A stretch of 47,813 nucleotides of DNA. Source: Archangium sp. (GTDB taxonomy: Bacteria; Myxococcota; Myxococcia; Myxococcales; Myxococcaceae). The stretch lies in the NCBI GenBank assembly GCA_031367385.1, contig JANLPS010000066.1, forward strand, positions 1 to 47,813, in the 5' to 3' direction. The notes beneath the pieces are model-generated. The model was not told where the DNA came from. It saw nothing but the letters and a program-made list of their open reading frames with translations, and made no database searches. The number at the start of each line of letters is the position of its first letter. Within the stretch, counting starts at the first letter, position 1. The translations under genes and the position numbers were made by a program. Positions 8,674-19,555 of the stretch are shown piece by piece.

Positions 8674-10059
8674 TTATTCGCTCGAGAGAAACACGTCGTC
8701 GAGGCGCGGCAGGCCCATCGCGTCGCGGGTGAGGTGTTGCACGTCGTTGGTGGTGCTCACGCCGAGGCCCTGCACGCAGAGTGGTATCAGGTCGAGTGAC
8801 GGCGCGGCGCTCGCGGCGAGGTCTCGGGCGGCCTTGTCTTGGCTGGCCAGGTCGGTCGCCGAGGTGATCGCGGTGGGCAGGCGTTGCCGGGCCAGCTCGT
8901 AGATGAGGGCGAGCGCGGCTGCGGGGGCGGGGGGCAGCAGCACGGTGTGCAACATCAGTTCGCTCGACCCACTGGCCCAGCGCGATCGAAGCTCAGCATG
9001 CGAGACCGGCCGAAACGACACGCGAAACCCGAGCGGTTGCAAGCGCACCTGCAGCTTCTCGGCGATGGCTCGGTGATCATCACTCGAGGTGTCGAACGCC
9101 AGGGTCACTTCTTGCGGCGGCGTCGCAGGCGCTGGCTTGGCGGGGCGCACGGGGGCGACGGTCGGGCCTCCGAGGGCCGGAGGCAGCAGGCCGAACAGCG
9201 GCGAGGCCGGTGAGCGCACGAAGAAGCGGGTCAGATCGGCGCGCTCGGTGGTCGCTTCGATGGCCTGGCGAAGGCCCGGCGGGGCAGTGCCACCGGGCAG
9301 CACGACGTACGTGGCGAAGAGCTGTGCTGCGTCGGTGCCCGCGGTGGTGCCGAGGACGACGTGGGTGCGGCGCTGGCTGAGCAAGCGGTCGGCGGTGCGG
9401 GTGTCGGTGCGCTGAACGGTGACGGCGTCGGGGTAGGGGCGACCCTCGGGGTGGTGCGCGTTGGCGAGGCCTTTGACGTAGGGCGCGACCGGCACGCTGA
9501 GGGCCGGGTGGCAGAGGGCTTTCTCGAGCGACGGGTTCGGGCCATCGAGGGTGAGGTCGAGGCCGCTGGGGGTGGCAGTGATGTTTTTGAGGGGCGCCAG
9601 CAGAGCCCGGTACACCGATGCGTCGGCGCGTACCCGGTTGAGCGCGGCGATGACTTCGGTGGGGTAGGCGGTGGTGAGGCGCAAGGTTGACGGGGTGGGG
9701 CGCGAGAACTCGGCGAGGCGGCAGAGAGGGGTGGCGGTGAGCCCCAGCAGCGCGGCGTCGACCGGCGTGTCGGCGAGGAGTGGGTCGAGGTCGGCCGACT
9801 TGGTGACGGCGGTGATGGTGAGGGTGCCGCCATAGTGGGCGCGGCCTCCGGCAAGGGCCGACGTGCTGACCAGTAACAGCACGGCCAGGAGCGCTTGGTA
9901 CGGCGGGTAAACCCGTTCGTCCTGAGGGACTCGAAGGACCTTGTCTGAACCCGGTGACTGCACTTGAACTCGGGCTTCATCCTTCGAGAGCCTCAGGATG
10001 AGCGGCTTTGGCCCACCCGTCCCACCCGTCTCCGTCCCACACCCCGGCCCCGTGCTCAC
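8674..10059 (-). CDS. Family-5-like (peptide/SgrR-type) extracellular solute-binding protein
   Basis: GTG start overlapping the upstream stop with GGAGG just upstream. Hydrophobic signal ALLAVLLLVSTSALA then the YGGTL motif; GRPYPDAV; IAEKLQVRLQPLGFRV; IPL near the C-terminus. Confidence 0.7.
   Translation of the reverse strand: MSTGPGCGTETGGTGGPKPLILRLSKDEARVQVQSPGSDKVLRVPQDERVYPPYQALLAVLLLVSTSALAGGRAHYGGTLTITAVTKSADLDPLLADTPVDAALLGLTATPLCRLAEFSRPTPSTLRLTTAYPTEVIAALNRVRADASVYRALLAPLKNITATPSGLDLTLDGPNPSLEKALCHPALSVPVAPYVKGLANAHHPEGRPYPDAVTVQRTDTRTADRLLSQRRTHVVLGTTAGTDAAQLFATYVVLPGGTAPPGLRQAIEATTERADLTRFFVRSPASPLFGLLPPALGGPTVAPVRPAKPAPATPPQEVTLAFDTSSDDHRAIAEKLQVRLQPLGFRVSFRPVSHAELRSRWASGSSELMLHTVLLPPAPAAALALIYELARQRLPTAITSATDLASQDKAARDLAASAAPSLDLIPLCVQGLGVSTTNDVQHLTRDAMGLPRLDDVFLSSE
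9913..10005. repeat. REP/REPIN-like palindromic element (copy 1), inside a CDS
   Basis: Two 27-nt arms, ccgctcatcctgaggctctcgaaggat (minus strand) and ccgttcgtcctgagggactcgaaggac (plus strand), are inverted with 22/27 identity around a 39-nt spacer. 34/35 nt are identical to 45747..45781. Confidence 0.85.
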
Positions 10060-11378
10060 GGCGCCTCCCGGTGCAGGACGACGAGCTCACCGGTACCGTC
10101 ACTGAGCGCGGTCGCCAGAATCACCTCGTCACCCTTGACGCCATCGAGGTCGACCGCCGTCGCCGCCAAGGCCCGGCCCCTCGCCAAGGGGCTCTGCCAC
10201 GCCGCCGTCGCCTCAGCCAATGTGCCCGCGCGCGCGGCCACGGCGTCGACCGAGGTCACCGACAGCACCCGCACATCGTCTTCACCGCTCGTGCGATTGC
10301 CGCTCAGCACCACTTCGAACACCCCATCGCCATCGAGGTCGGCGAGGGTGCTCCCGGCCCCGACGCCGGTCACCCGCGCGGCGAGCGCCCCCGAGCCGCG
10401 GGCCAACGCAGCGCTCCCATCGGCCATCACCCACAACGTCAGCGCTCCTCGCGTCACCGTCGTCTGCGGAGCGGCCGACAGCGTCACCACCCGCCCTGCC
10501 CACAGCACCTCGGCCAAAAAGTGATTGAACCCAGGCTCAGGCTTCACCGCGATGCCATCGACCGGCACGGCGTCGGCGAAGCCAGTCGCGCGCAACGACC
10601 CGCCGCTCCAGCTCAACACCTCGGCACGTGCCCGCTTCGCCGACCACGCCACCACCCGGGCCGGCCCGGCCACCACCGCCACGGCCCCGAACGCGTCACG
10701 GGTCGGCATCGCCGCCAACGGCGCGAGCGCCAGGTCGTACCGCCCCATCAACCGCCCCTCGGCCGAGAACACCATCACCTCTTCATTGACCATCACGACC
10801 AGCTCTGCCCGCCCGTCACCGTCGAGGTCGCCCGCCGAGATTGCCGCCGCGGTGCCGACGAACTTCGCCAACACGCTTGCCTTCACCTCGAGCGTCGACG
10901 GTGTCACCACCGCCGGGAGCGCCGCTCCCGCCAAGGTGAGCGTCTCGGTGTCAGCCTCGAGCGCCGCGACAATCAACCCAGCCTTGGGAGACCGCGACGC
11001 GGCCCGGCCAGACCAGAAGTTCGCCCACACACTGTACGTATCGCCGCGAGCGACCACCTTCTGGCCCTCGACCGAAACGCTCACCCGCACCATGGTGCGA
11101 GCCCCTTGCGCGACCGCCCGCGCCTCGGCATCGGCGCCTACTTCGACCACCATCGGGGCCAGCTTCACCGCCGCCAGCTTCGCCGCCGCCACCGTCGCGA
11201 CCGCCCGGGTCAACGCCACCGGCCCCCCCTCGACCACCAGGGCGACCGGCGCTTCGGGCCCAGTGCGCAACACCTGGGTGCGAACCTCGTCAGCCAGGCG
11301 CTCGACCGCAGACGCCGCTGGCACTGACGCAGAGCCCGCCGCCGCCGCCACCATCGCCACCACCAACCCAACGCTCAT
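10056..11378 (-). CDS. Exported FG-GAP/VCBS-repeat protein
   Basis: Signal peptide; AGDLDGDGRAELVV, LADLDGDGVFEVVL and AVDLDGVKGDEVIL motifs; ATGA overlap with PBP1A. Confidence 0.85.
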   Translation of the reverse strand: MSVGLVVAMVAAAAGSASVPAASAVERLADEVRTQVLRTGPEAPVALVVEGGPVALTRAVATVAAAKLAAVKLAPMVVEVGADAEARAVAQGARTMVRVSVSVEGQKVVARGDTYSVWANFWSGRAASRSPKAGLIVAALEADTETLTLAGAALPAVVTPSTLEVKASVLAKFVGTAAAISAGDLDGDGRAELVVMVNEEVMVFSAEGRLMGRYDLALAPLAAMPTRDAFGAVAVVAGPARVVAWSAKRARAEVLSWSGGSLRATGFADAVPVDGIAVKPEPGFNHFLAEVLWAGRVVTLSAAPQTTVTRGALTLWVMADGSAALARGSGALAARVTGVGAGSTLADLDGDGVFEVVLSGNRTSGEDDVRVLSVTSVDAVAARAGTLAEATAAWQSPLARGRALAATAVDLDGVKGDEVILATALSDGTGELVVLHREAP

Positions 11379-13888
11379 CGCCGATTTCCTGACTGCAGTA
11401 CGAAGTCGTTCGGGTCGATGGTGCCTTGCTCCGCGGCGAGCTCGGTCGGCTCGGTGCCTGCGAGAAACGACTCCAGCCGCCCCGGTACCGCGCGCCCCGC
11501 CAAGCGCCCACTCTGAGGGTCGATGCGCACCTGAACGATGCCCTCAGGCACCGGAAACTCGCGCTTGGGCAACTTCGCGTTCGCCACCTTCATGTACTCG
11601 AGCCACAAGGGCAGCGCGGCCTTGCCGCCGGTCTCATTGGGCCCAATCGGGCTGTGGTCATCGAAGCCCACCCACGCCGAGGTTACGAAATCGGCCGTGA
11701 ACCCGCTGAACCACGCGTCGCGGCACTCGTTCGCGGTGCCGGTCTTGCCTGCCGCAGGCCGCGCGAGCTCGAGCACCGCCACCGCCGTGCCCTCTTCGAC
11801 CACGCTGCGCATCAGCGAAGTCACCAGGTACGCCACCGCCGCCGGCAACGCCTGCTCGGGCGCGGAGTGATGCTCCTCGAGCACCTTGCCCGACGCGTCG
11901 CTCACTTGAACGATGATCACCGGGTCGGCGAGCCGGCCTTGATCCTCCAACGTGGTGTAGGCGTTGGCGATCTCCAGCATCGAGACTTCACCGGTGCCCA
12001 GCGCCAGCGTCGGGCTCACCGGCAACTCACTGCGAATACCCGCCTGGTGGGCGAACTCAATCGCCGCCTCGGGGCCGATCGACTCGATCAACCGCACCGA
12101 CACCGTGTTCTTCGACTTGGTCAACGCCTCTCGAATCGTCATCGGCCCGTCGAAGCGGCCATCGTAGTTGTGCGGCTTCCACGTCTGGCCGGTGGTCGCG
12201 TCGCGCGATGAAAACGGCGCATCATTGAACACCGAGATGGGCGTCGTCTTGCCCGTCGCCATCGCCGCCCCGTAGAGAAACGGCTTGAACGAGCTGCCTG
12301 GTTGCCGCTTGGCCTGAATCGCGCGGTTGAACGCCGAGCGCGCGAAGTCATACCCACCGACCATCGCGACCACGCTGCGATCGGCCGGGTCGATGCTCAG
12401 CAGCGCGCCCTGCACGACCGGTATCTGCATCAGGCTGGCCTCGAGGGTCTGGCTGGCCGGCAAGGCCTTGCCAAGCCGAACCCGAATCAAGTCACCGGGG
12501 GCCAGCACCTCGGAGAGCTTCACCGGCGACTTCGCGCCCGGCTTGCGCGCCCACTTGACCCCAGCAAAGTCGAGCCTGGCCTCCCGGCCAATCACGTCGA
12601 GCACCGCGAAAGCGGCCTCGTCATCGAGCGAGCTGACCCGGGCCACCGTCTCGAGGCCTTCACTGAGCGCGTGAATGCTCACCGTGCGAGCGATCTTCTC
12701 GTCTTCGCTCTCGTTCTTCTCTTCGGGGTCGACGATGGCTTCTTCGGAGTCGGCTTGCGGCTCGGCGTCTTCAGTCAGCGCGGCCTGCAGGTCTTTGAGC
12801 GCGTTCAAGTCAGCGACCAGCACGTCGTTCGGGTTGCGACGGCCGGCTTCGGCCAGGCGTTTCTCCAAGGCCGGGCGCAGGGCAGCGAAGCGGGCCTGGT
12901 CGACGTTGCCCAGCGCGCCACGGTAGCCCTGGCGCTTGTCGACCGCCTCGAGCCCCGCGCGAACCGAGGCCTCGGCAGCCGCTTGCAGCCTGGGCTCCAT
13001 CGCGATCTGCACGCGCATGCCGCCCTCCATCACCGCGCGCTCGCCGTAGCGGGCGATCAGCTGCTGCCGCACCGTCTCGGCATAGTACTGACCCACCGGC
13101 GTCGGAGGCCGCGGCCCCAGCTGAATCGGCACCTCGAGCTCGGCCTCAGCCTTCTCTTTCGAGACGAACCCGTGTTGCCACAGCTGCCCCAGCACGTACT
13201 TTTGGCGCCGCTTGGCCTTCACCACGTTGGTCAGCGGGTTGATTCGATGCGGCAGCTGCACCGTGCCAGCGAGCACCGCCGCCTCTCCGAGCGAGAGGTC
13301 TTTCGCGTGCTTGCCGAAATAAAACAGCGCTGCCTCTTCGATGCCGTAGCGGTTGTGCCCGAACCAGATGGTGTTCACGTACAGGTTGAGAATCTCATCC
13401 TTGGTCAGCGCCTTCTCCATCCTCGGAGTGAGGATCCACTCCTTGACCTTGCGTGCGAAGGTGCGCTCTTGCGAGAGCAGCAAGCGCCGGCAGGCCTGCT
13501 GCGAGATGGTCGAGGCGCCTGACTTCATGGCCCCGGGCCTCAGGTTCTTCAGCGCCGAGCGCACGATGCCGAAATAGTCGAGCCCGTCGTGCTGGTAAAA
13601 GTCAGCGTCTTCGGCGGCGAGAAACGAGTCGCGCACGTGCTTGGGCAGGGTCTGCACGTCGACCCAGGTTCGACGCTCGGTATAAAACTCGGCGCACACG
13701 TGCCCGTCGCGGCAGGTGACTTTGGTGACCTGCGCGGGTCTCCAGGTCTTGAGCTCTTCAACCGAGGGCAGGTCGCGGGAGTAGTACCAGTACACCCCCG
13801 CGATCGCGCCCAGGCCGAGCACCACGAGCGTGACGGCCAGCGCGAAGAGCCGCTTGGTCACCCGCCAGAGTCGTTGTCGCAACGTCAT
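11375..13888 (-). CDS. mrcA: Class A penicillin-binding protein 1A (transglycosylase/transpeptidase)
   Basis: TM anchor; TG motifs EDADFYQHDG, GASTISQQ, RKVKE, ILNLYVN; TP motifs SSFK, SKN, KTGT. Confidence 0.95.
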   Translation of the reverse strand: MTLRQRLWRVTKRLFALAVTLVVLGLGAIAGVYWYYSRDLPSVEELKTWRPAQVTKVTCRDGHVCAEFYTERRTWVDVQTLPKHVRDSFLAAEDADFYQHDGLDYFGIVRSALKNLRPGAMKSGASTISQQACRRLLLSQERTFARKVKEWILTPRMEKALTKDEILNLYVNTIWFGHNRYGIEEAALFYFGKHAKDLSLGEAAVLAGTVQLPHRINPLTNVVKAKRRQKYVLGQLWQHGFVSKEKAEAELEVPIQLGPRPPTPVGQYYAETVRQQLIARYGERAVMEGGMRVQIAMEPRLQAAAEASVRAGLEAVDKRQGYRGALGNVDQARFAALRPALEKRLAEAGRRNPNDVLVADLNALKDLQAALTEDAEPQADSEEAIVDPEEKNESEDEKIARTVSIHALSEGLETVARVSSLDDEAAFAVLDVIGREARLDFAGVKWARKPGAKSPVKLSEVLAPGDLIRVRLGKALPASQTLEASLMQIPVVQGALLSIDPADRSVVAMVGGYDFARSAFNRAIQAKRQPGSSFKPFLYGAAMATGKTTPISVFNDAPFSSRDATTGQTWKPHNYDGRFDGPMTIREALTKSKNTVSVRLIESIGPEAAIEFAHQAGIRSELPVSPTLALGTGEVSMLEIANAYTTLEDQGRLADPVIIVQVSDASGKVLEEHHSAPEQALPAAVAYLVTSLMRSVVEEGTAVAVLELARPAAGKTGTANECRDAWFSGFTADFVTSAWVGFDDHSPIGPNETGGKAALPLWLEYMKVANAKLPKREFPVPEGIVQVRIDPQSGRLAGRAVPGRLESFLAGTEPTELAAEQGTIDPNDFVLQSGNRR

Positions 13889-14076
13889 CGAAAGCCCAGT
13901 CTAGTGGCTCCGGGGCCGCAGGTGCGGGCCAAGAGACACACGGTGAACGCGTTCGAGCGGGGCAGAGCAAGGTGCGCGCCGGGGCCGGAGCCGCCTTTCT
14001 CGCCACTCGAGAATGCGCAACCTCTTGATGGCGGTCTCGATAACCCAGCTTCACGCTATATCTAAGGAGCACACAC

Positions 14077-14484
14077 ATGACCATCCCCTCCGCCTCTGCT
14101 GCAGCGACCCTGACCGTGCGAAACGTGGCCGAGTTGAAGGCCGCGCGCGCCGCCAATGTTGCAACCCTCGTGTCAGCGACCACAGCCAAGTTCGACCGCG
14201 CGGCTCAACTCCCCATCACTTCGGCTTACACGCCGCGAGCCGCAGTCTTCATCGAGCTCCCCTCCGACTGCTTCAGCGCCGCGACGAGCGTGAACGCGAT
14301 TCGCAAAGTGCTTGCCGAGCAGGGCTATTCACCGGTGGTGGGTGATGACTTCGTGGCCGAGCCGTTCAGCCTCGCGCCCGGAGCCCGCACCTCTCTGCCC
14401 GTGATGTTTTTTTTCGATTGGTCGAAGCCCGGCGCCAAGGTCGAGGTGCAAGACAAGACCTACGGCTGCGACCGAACTGAATGA
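14077..14484 (+). CDS. Hypothetical protein
   Basis: 135 aa ORF with an AAGGAG RBS upstream and GC-rich third codon positions; no recognisable family. Confidence 0.7.
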   Translation: MTIPSASAAATLTVRNVAELKAARAANVATLVSATTAKFDRAAQLPITSAYTPRAAVFIELPSDCFSAATSVNAIRKVLAEQGYSPVVGDDFVAEPFSLAPGARTSLPVMFFFDWSKPGAKVEVQDKTYGCDRTE

Positions 14485-14538
14485 TCTCGACATCTGATCG
14501 CTGAATCGCAGGCGGCAGGGGAGTAGAACCTCCCGGCC

Positions 14539-16482
<1,944 letters not shown>

Positions 16483-16543
16483 GTGAAACAGCTTTCTGAC
16501 TGGGCCGTGTTGACCCCGACGACGTTCGTCAATTGAGGGCGCC

Positions 16544-17935
16544 ATGCGAACCAACTATTTGATTTCATTGTTTGTTTTGGCGGCGGTCTCAAGCTGCGGT
16601 GGCTGTGGTGACCGGGGCCCGTTGCCCGTGAAGCCCACGGCGCTGCAGGGCCACTGCATCTACGTGAACGGGTTTAGCAAACGCGAAGAGTGCCGAGAGT
16701 ACCGCGGAGCGAAGTGGACGGCGGAGGAGGCCACCAACGACTGCAAGGGCGCCGGTTCGACCTTGCAACCGGGCGCCTGCGCGTACCCCGAGATTCTCGG
16801 CGAGTGCGTGCTGGGCGAGCCCGAAAAGTACCAGTGGCTCTCTTTTCCCGGCACTGACGTGTCGCTGTGCGGAGGCACCAAGCGGGGCTGCGAGTTCTTC
16901 GCGGGCGGCATCTTCGGCCCGTCATCGGTCTGCGGCGGCGTCGACGGGGGTGACACGAGCCTCGGTCTGCCTCCCTTCGAATGGCCCACTCAGAACTGCG
17001 TCACGCCGGTCACTGGTGAGCCCGCGGGCAAGGGCCCCGACGGCAAGGTGTGCACCTGGTCGATGATCTCTGCCGCCACCGAGGAGGGCCGCCACTTCGA
17101 GAGCTACGCCAGCTGCGACCAGGTCAGAACCCAACGCCCCTACTACCCGGTGCCGACCAACGACGGCGCGACCGTCGATGACCCCCGCATGGCCGACCCG
17201 GCGTACGTCGCCGAGCTGACCTGGCTCAAGGGGCAGATTCAGAGTACCGCGTGCGTGTGCTGTCACTCGACGATGGCGCCGAAGGGCACCTCGAACTGGT
17301 ACGTCGACCAACCCGGCAACTTCATGAATGGGTTCTTCAACCGCGGCCTGGCGATGGGAGCGGGGTGGATCAACACGGTCGGCTTCGGCGCCTACCCGCC
17401 CGAGCAGAACAACGGCTTCTTGCGAGCCGACGTCGAACACCCCGAGCGGCCCATCTTCGTGACCACCGACCCCGAGCGGGTGCGGCGGTTCTTCGAAGCC
17501 GAGCTCATGCATCGCGGCAAGACCAAAGCCGACTACGCCTCGACGCCCTACGGCGCGGGCCCGCTCGACGATCAGCGCTTCTACAAACCGAAGGCCTGCG
17601 AGGCGGGCGAAGGCGTCGGCAGTGATGGGCTCCTGCGGTGGACGCAAGGGCCTGCGCGGTACGTCTACGTGATGAGCGCCGAATCGCCGTCGCCTGGAGT
17701 GCCTCCGAACCTCGACCAACCCGCGGGGACCGTGTGGAGAATTCAGGTGCCGTTCTCAGGCAAGCCGGTGGCCAGCGGTACGGTGACCTATGGCGTCGTG
17801 CCCGAGGGGTTCGAGCAGTTCGCGCCCGCCGGCACCGTCGCGCCGCCGCCGCTCGAGCACGGCAAGCAGTACTACCTCTACGTGATGGCCGACATCGTGA
17901 TCCCCAACGCGCGGTGTCTCTTCACGGCGCCCTAG
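16544..17935 (+). CDS. Cys-rich hypothetical lipoprotein with one CxxCH motif
   Basis: 463 aa; lipobox-like LAAVSSC; TACVCCHS in the middle; GAGGG RBS. Confidence 0.75.
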   Translation: MRTNYLISLFVLAAVSSCGGCGDRGPLPVKPTALQGHCIYVNGFSKREECREYRGAKWTAEEATNDCKGAGSTLQPGACAYPEILGECVLGEPEKYQWLSFPGTDVSLCGGTKRGCEFFAGGIFGPSSVCGGVDGGDTSLGLPPFEWPTQNCVTPVTGEPAGKGPDGKVCTWSMISAATEEGRHFESYASCDQVRTQRPYYPVPTNDGATVDDPRMADPAYVAELTWLKGQIQSTACVCCHSTMAPKGTSNWYVDQPGNFMNGFFNRGLAMGAGWINTVGFGAYPPEQNNGFLRADVEHPERPIFVTTDPERVRRFFEAELMHRGKTKADYASTPYGAGPLDDQRFYKPKACEAGEGVGSDGLLRWTQGPARYVYVMSAESPSPGVPPNLDQPAGTVWRIQVPFSGKPVASGTVTYGVVPEGFEQFAPAGTVAPPPLEHGKQYYLYVMADIVIPNARCLFTAP

Positions 17936-18059
17936 CCAGCGGCAGGTCACCACCCCAGGTCGCAGCGGGGGGCACCGCCCAAACGATGTGCACCGATCTC
18001 CCACGAAGGCCCTCGGATGTGCGATGCCTCTCGTCGCCGACCACCGTGGGAGATGCTCT

Positions 18060-18821
18060 ATGCGAAGCCTGCTGACCTGTACCGTTCTCTTCATCACAGG
18101 CTGTAACTGCGGTGATCGCGCTGGTGTCGACGGGGGCCTGGGCGCCAGCGATTCGGGTTCGCTCGACGCGGGGGTTATCGGCTCCGACGCGGGGCTCGTC
18201 GGGTCTGACGGCGGGAGCTCAGGCGCGGATGCGGGTCTTGCGACCGATGCAGGCACGGCATGTGATGGGCTCGCGGTCGACGCCTGCCGCACCACCGCCG
18301 GGTGCAGGGCCGATTTCTGCGCAGGGTGCACCTGTGCTTCGACCTATCAAGGGTGTCACGTGACGGCTTCGCACCCGCCGCTGTGCCCGCTCGGGCCGTG
18401 CCCTGAGCCCGCGTGTTGCTCGAGCAACGCCGATTGCCTGGGCAACACCTTCTGCGTCTCGCCGGAGGCTCCGCCGAGCTGCGGCATCTGCAACGTCACA
18501 CCGAGCACCTGCGCGACCGACGCCGAGTGCGCGCCCGAAATCTGCGAGCCGCGCCCCTGTGCGTGCGCCGATGAGCACGCCTGCGTGCCCGGCTGCAGCG
18601 CGACCAACCCCTGCCACACGGGCCTCGCCTGCAACCCGACCACGAGGCGCTGCGAGAGCGTGCCGTGCACCAGCGACGCGCAGTGCGCCTCGACCTTCAG
18701 GTGCACCTCATTGGTTTGCGTGCGGCGCACCTGCACCGATGACACCCAGTGTGGCGTGGGCGCGTGCGTGAACGGCGAGTGCTTCGATGACCGGGGTCAG
18801 TGCGAGGGGCCTGTTCGGTAA
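18060..18821 (+). CDS. Cys-rich lipoprotein (C..D.QC-type repeats)
   Basis: ATG 18060 (MRSLLTCTVLFITGC), D-[AGS]-G-rich linker, then many CxxDxxC repeats. Confidence 0.75.
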   Translation: MRSLLTCTVLFITGCNCGDRAGVDGGLGASDSGSLDAGVIGSDAGLVGSDGGSSGADAGLATDAGTACDGLAVDACRTTAGCRADFCAGCTCASTYQGCHVTASHPPLCPLGPCPEPACCSSNADCLGNTFCVSPEAPPSCGICNVTPSTCATDAECAPEICEPRPCACADEHACVPGCSATNPCHTGLACNPTTRRCESVPCTSDAQCASTFRCTSLVCVRRTCTDDTQCGVGACVNGECFDDRGQCEGPVR

Positions 18822-18834
18822 GAACCGGTGCGGG

Positions 18835-19383
18835 CTACTTCTTCTTCTCGTTCCACAGGTTTTGAAGCTCTTTGACGACCTGCTGAAGGCCCGGGCTGCG
18901 GGTCATGAACACGGCCGCGCTGTGCCCGGTCTCGACCTTCGCCGCGGGGGGCAGGAGCGGCGGGTTCGCTGGCAGACCGAGCGCAAGGGTCGCGGCGTCG
19001 ATCATCTTCGACTTCGAAGCCAGGTCGGCGATGGGAGCGCTGATGGTTTTGTCAGTCGCGCCGCCCATGGCCTTGACGAATTGCACCGCCTCATTGGGAG
19101 TCAACCCAGCCACCGCGTCTTTCACCTCGGTGTGAAGTTTGTGCGCCAGCAGCGCCAGCGCCGCCTTCTCACGGAAGAGCGCCTGACGTTGCTGGGCGAC
19201 CACGGTCGAGCTGGTGCCCTGCTTCCACCCCGCGTCTTCGGGCAGGCTCGCGATGGCTTGGGCGTTTCGCGAGGTGGTGTTCGTCAAGTTGACGCAGTCG
19301 GAGAGCAGGGGCCCAGGCGCACCGTTGCTTCGAGTTGCTTGCGCGCCATCAGCGCCGCCGACACCGTTCGTTGAAGAGGCCAT
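18835..19383 (-). CDS. Hypothetical protein
   Basis: 182 aa ORF with coding-like codon use; converges on the upstream gene without overlap. Confidence 0.65.
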   Translation of the reverse strand: MASSTNGVGGADGAQATRSNGAPGPLLSDCVNLTNTTSRNAQAIASLPEDAGWKQGTSSTVVAQQRQALFREKAALALLAHKLHTEVKDAVAGLTPNEAVQFVKAMGGATDKTISAPIADLASKSKMIDAATLALGLPANPPLLPPAAKVETGHSAAVFMTRSPGLQQVVKELQNLWNEKKK

Positions 19384-19555
19384 TGTGAAAAGAAGCTACG
19401 CGCAGTGGGCGGGCCATATCAACGGGCCCCGGTGATTCTCGAATGCTCAGAGACTGAGAACGCCATCGGTTTGAGTGGAGCCGTGCCCCCTCGCTCAGCA
19501 TGAATTAGCGCACCCTCTGGTTTGACACCGCCGAGGCAGCACCCCGGCGGTCGAG

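Noticed and set aside
19384..19555. Possible riboswitch or ncRNA in the intergenic region
   Set aside because: Only a GC hairpin (ccgccg...cggcgg) is evident; no recognisable riboswitch consensus.
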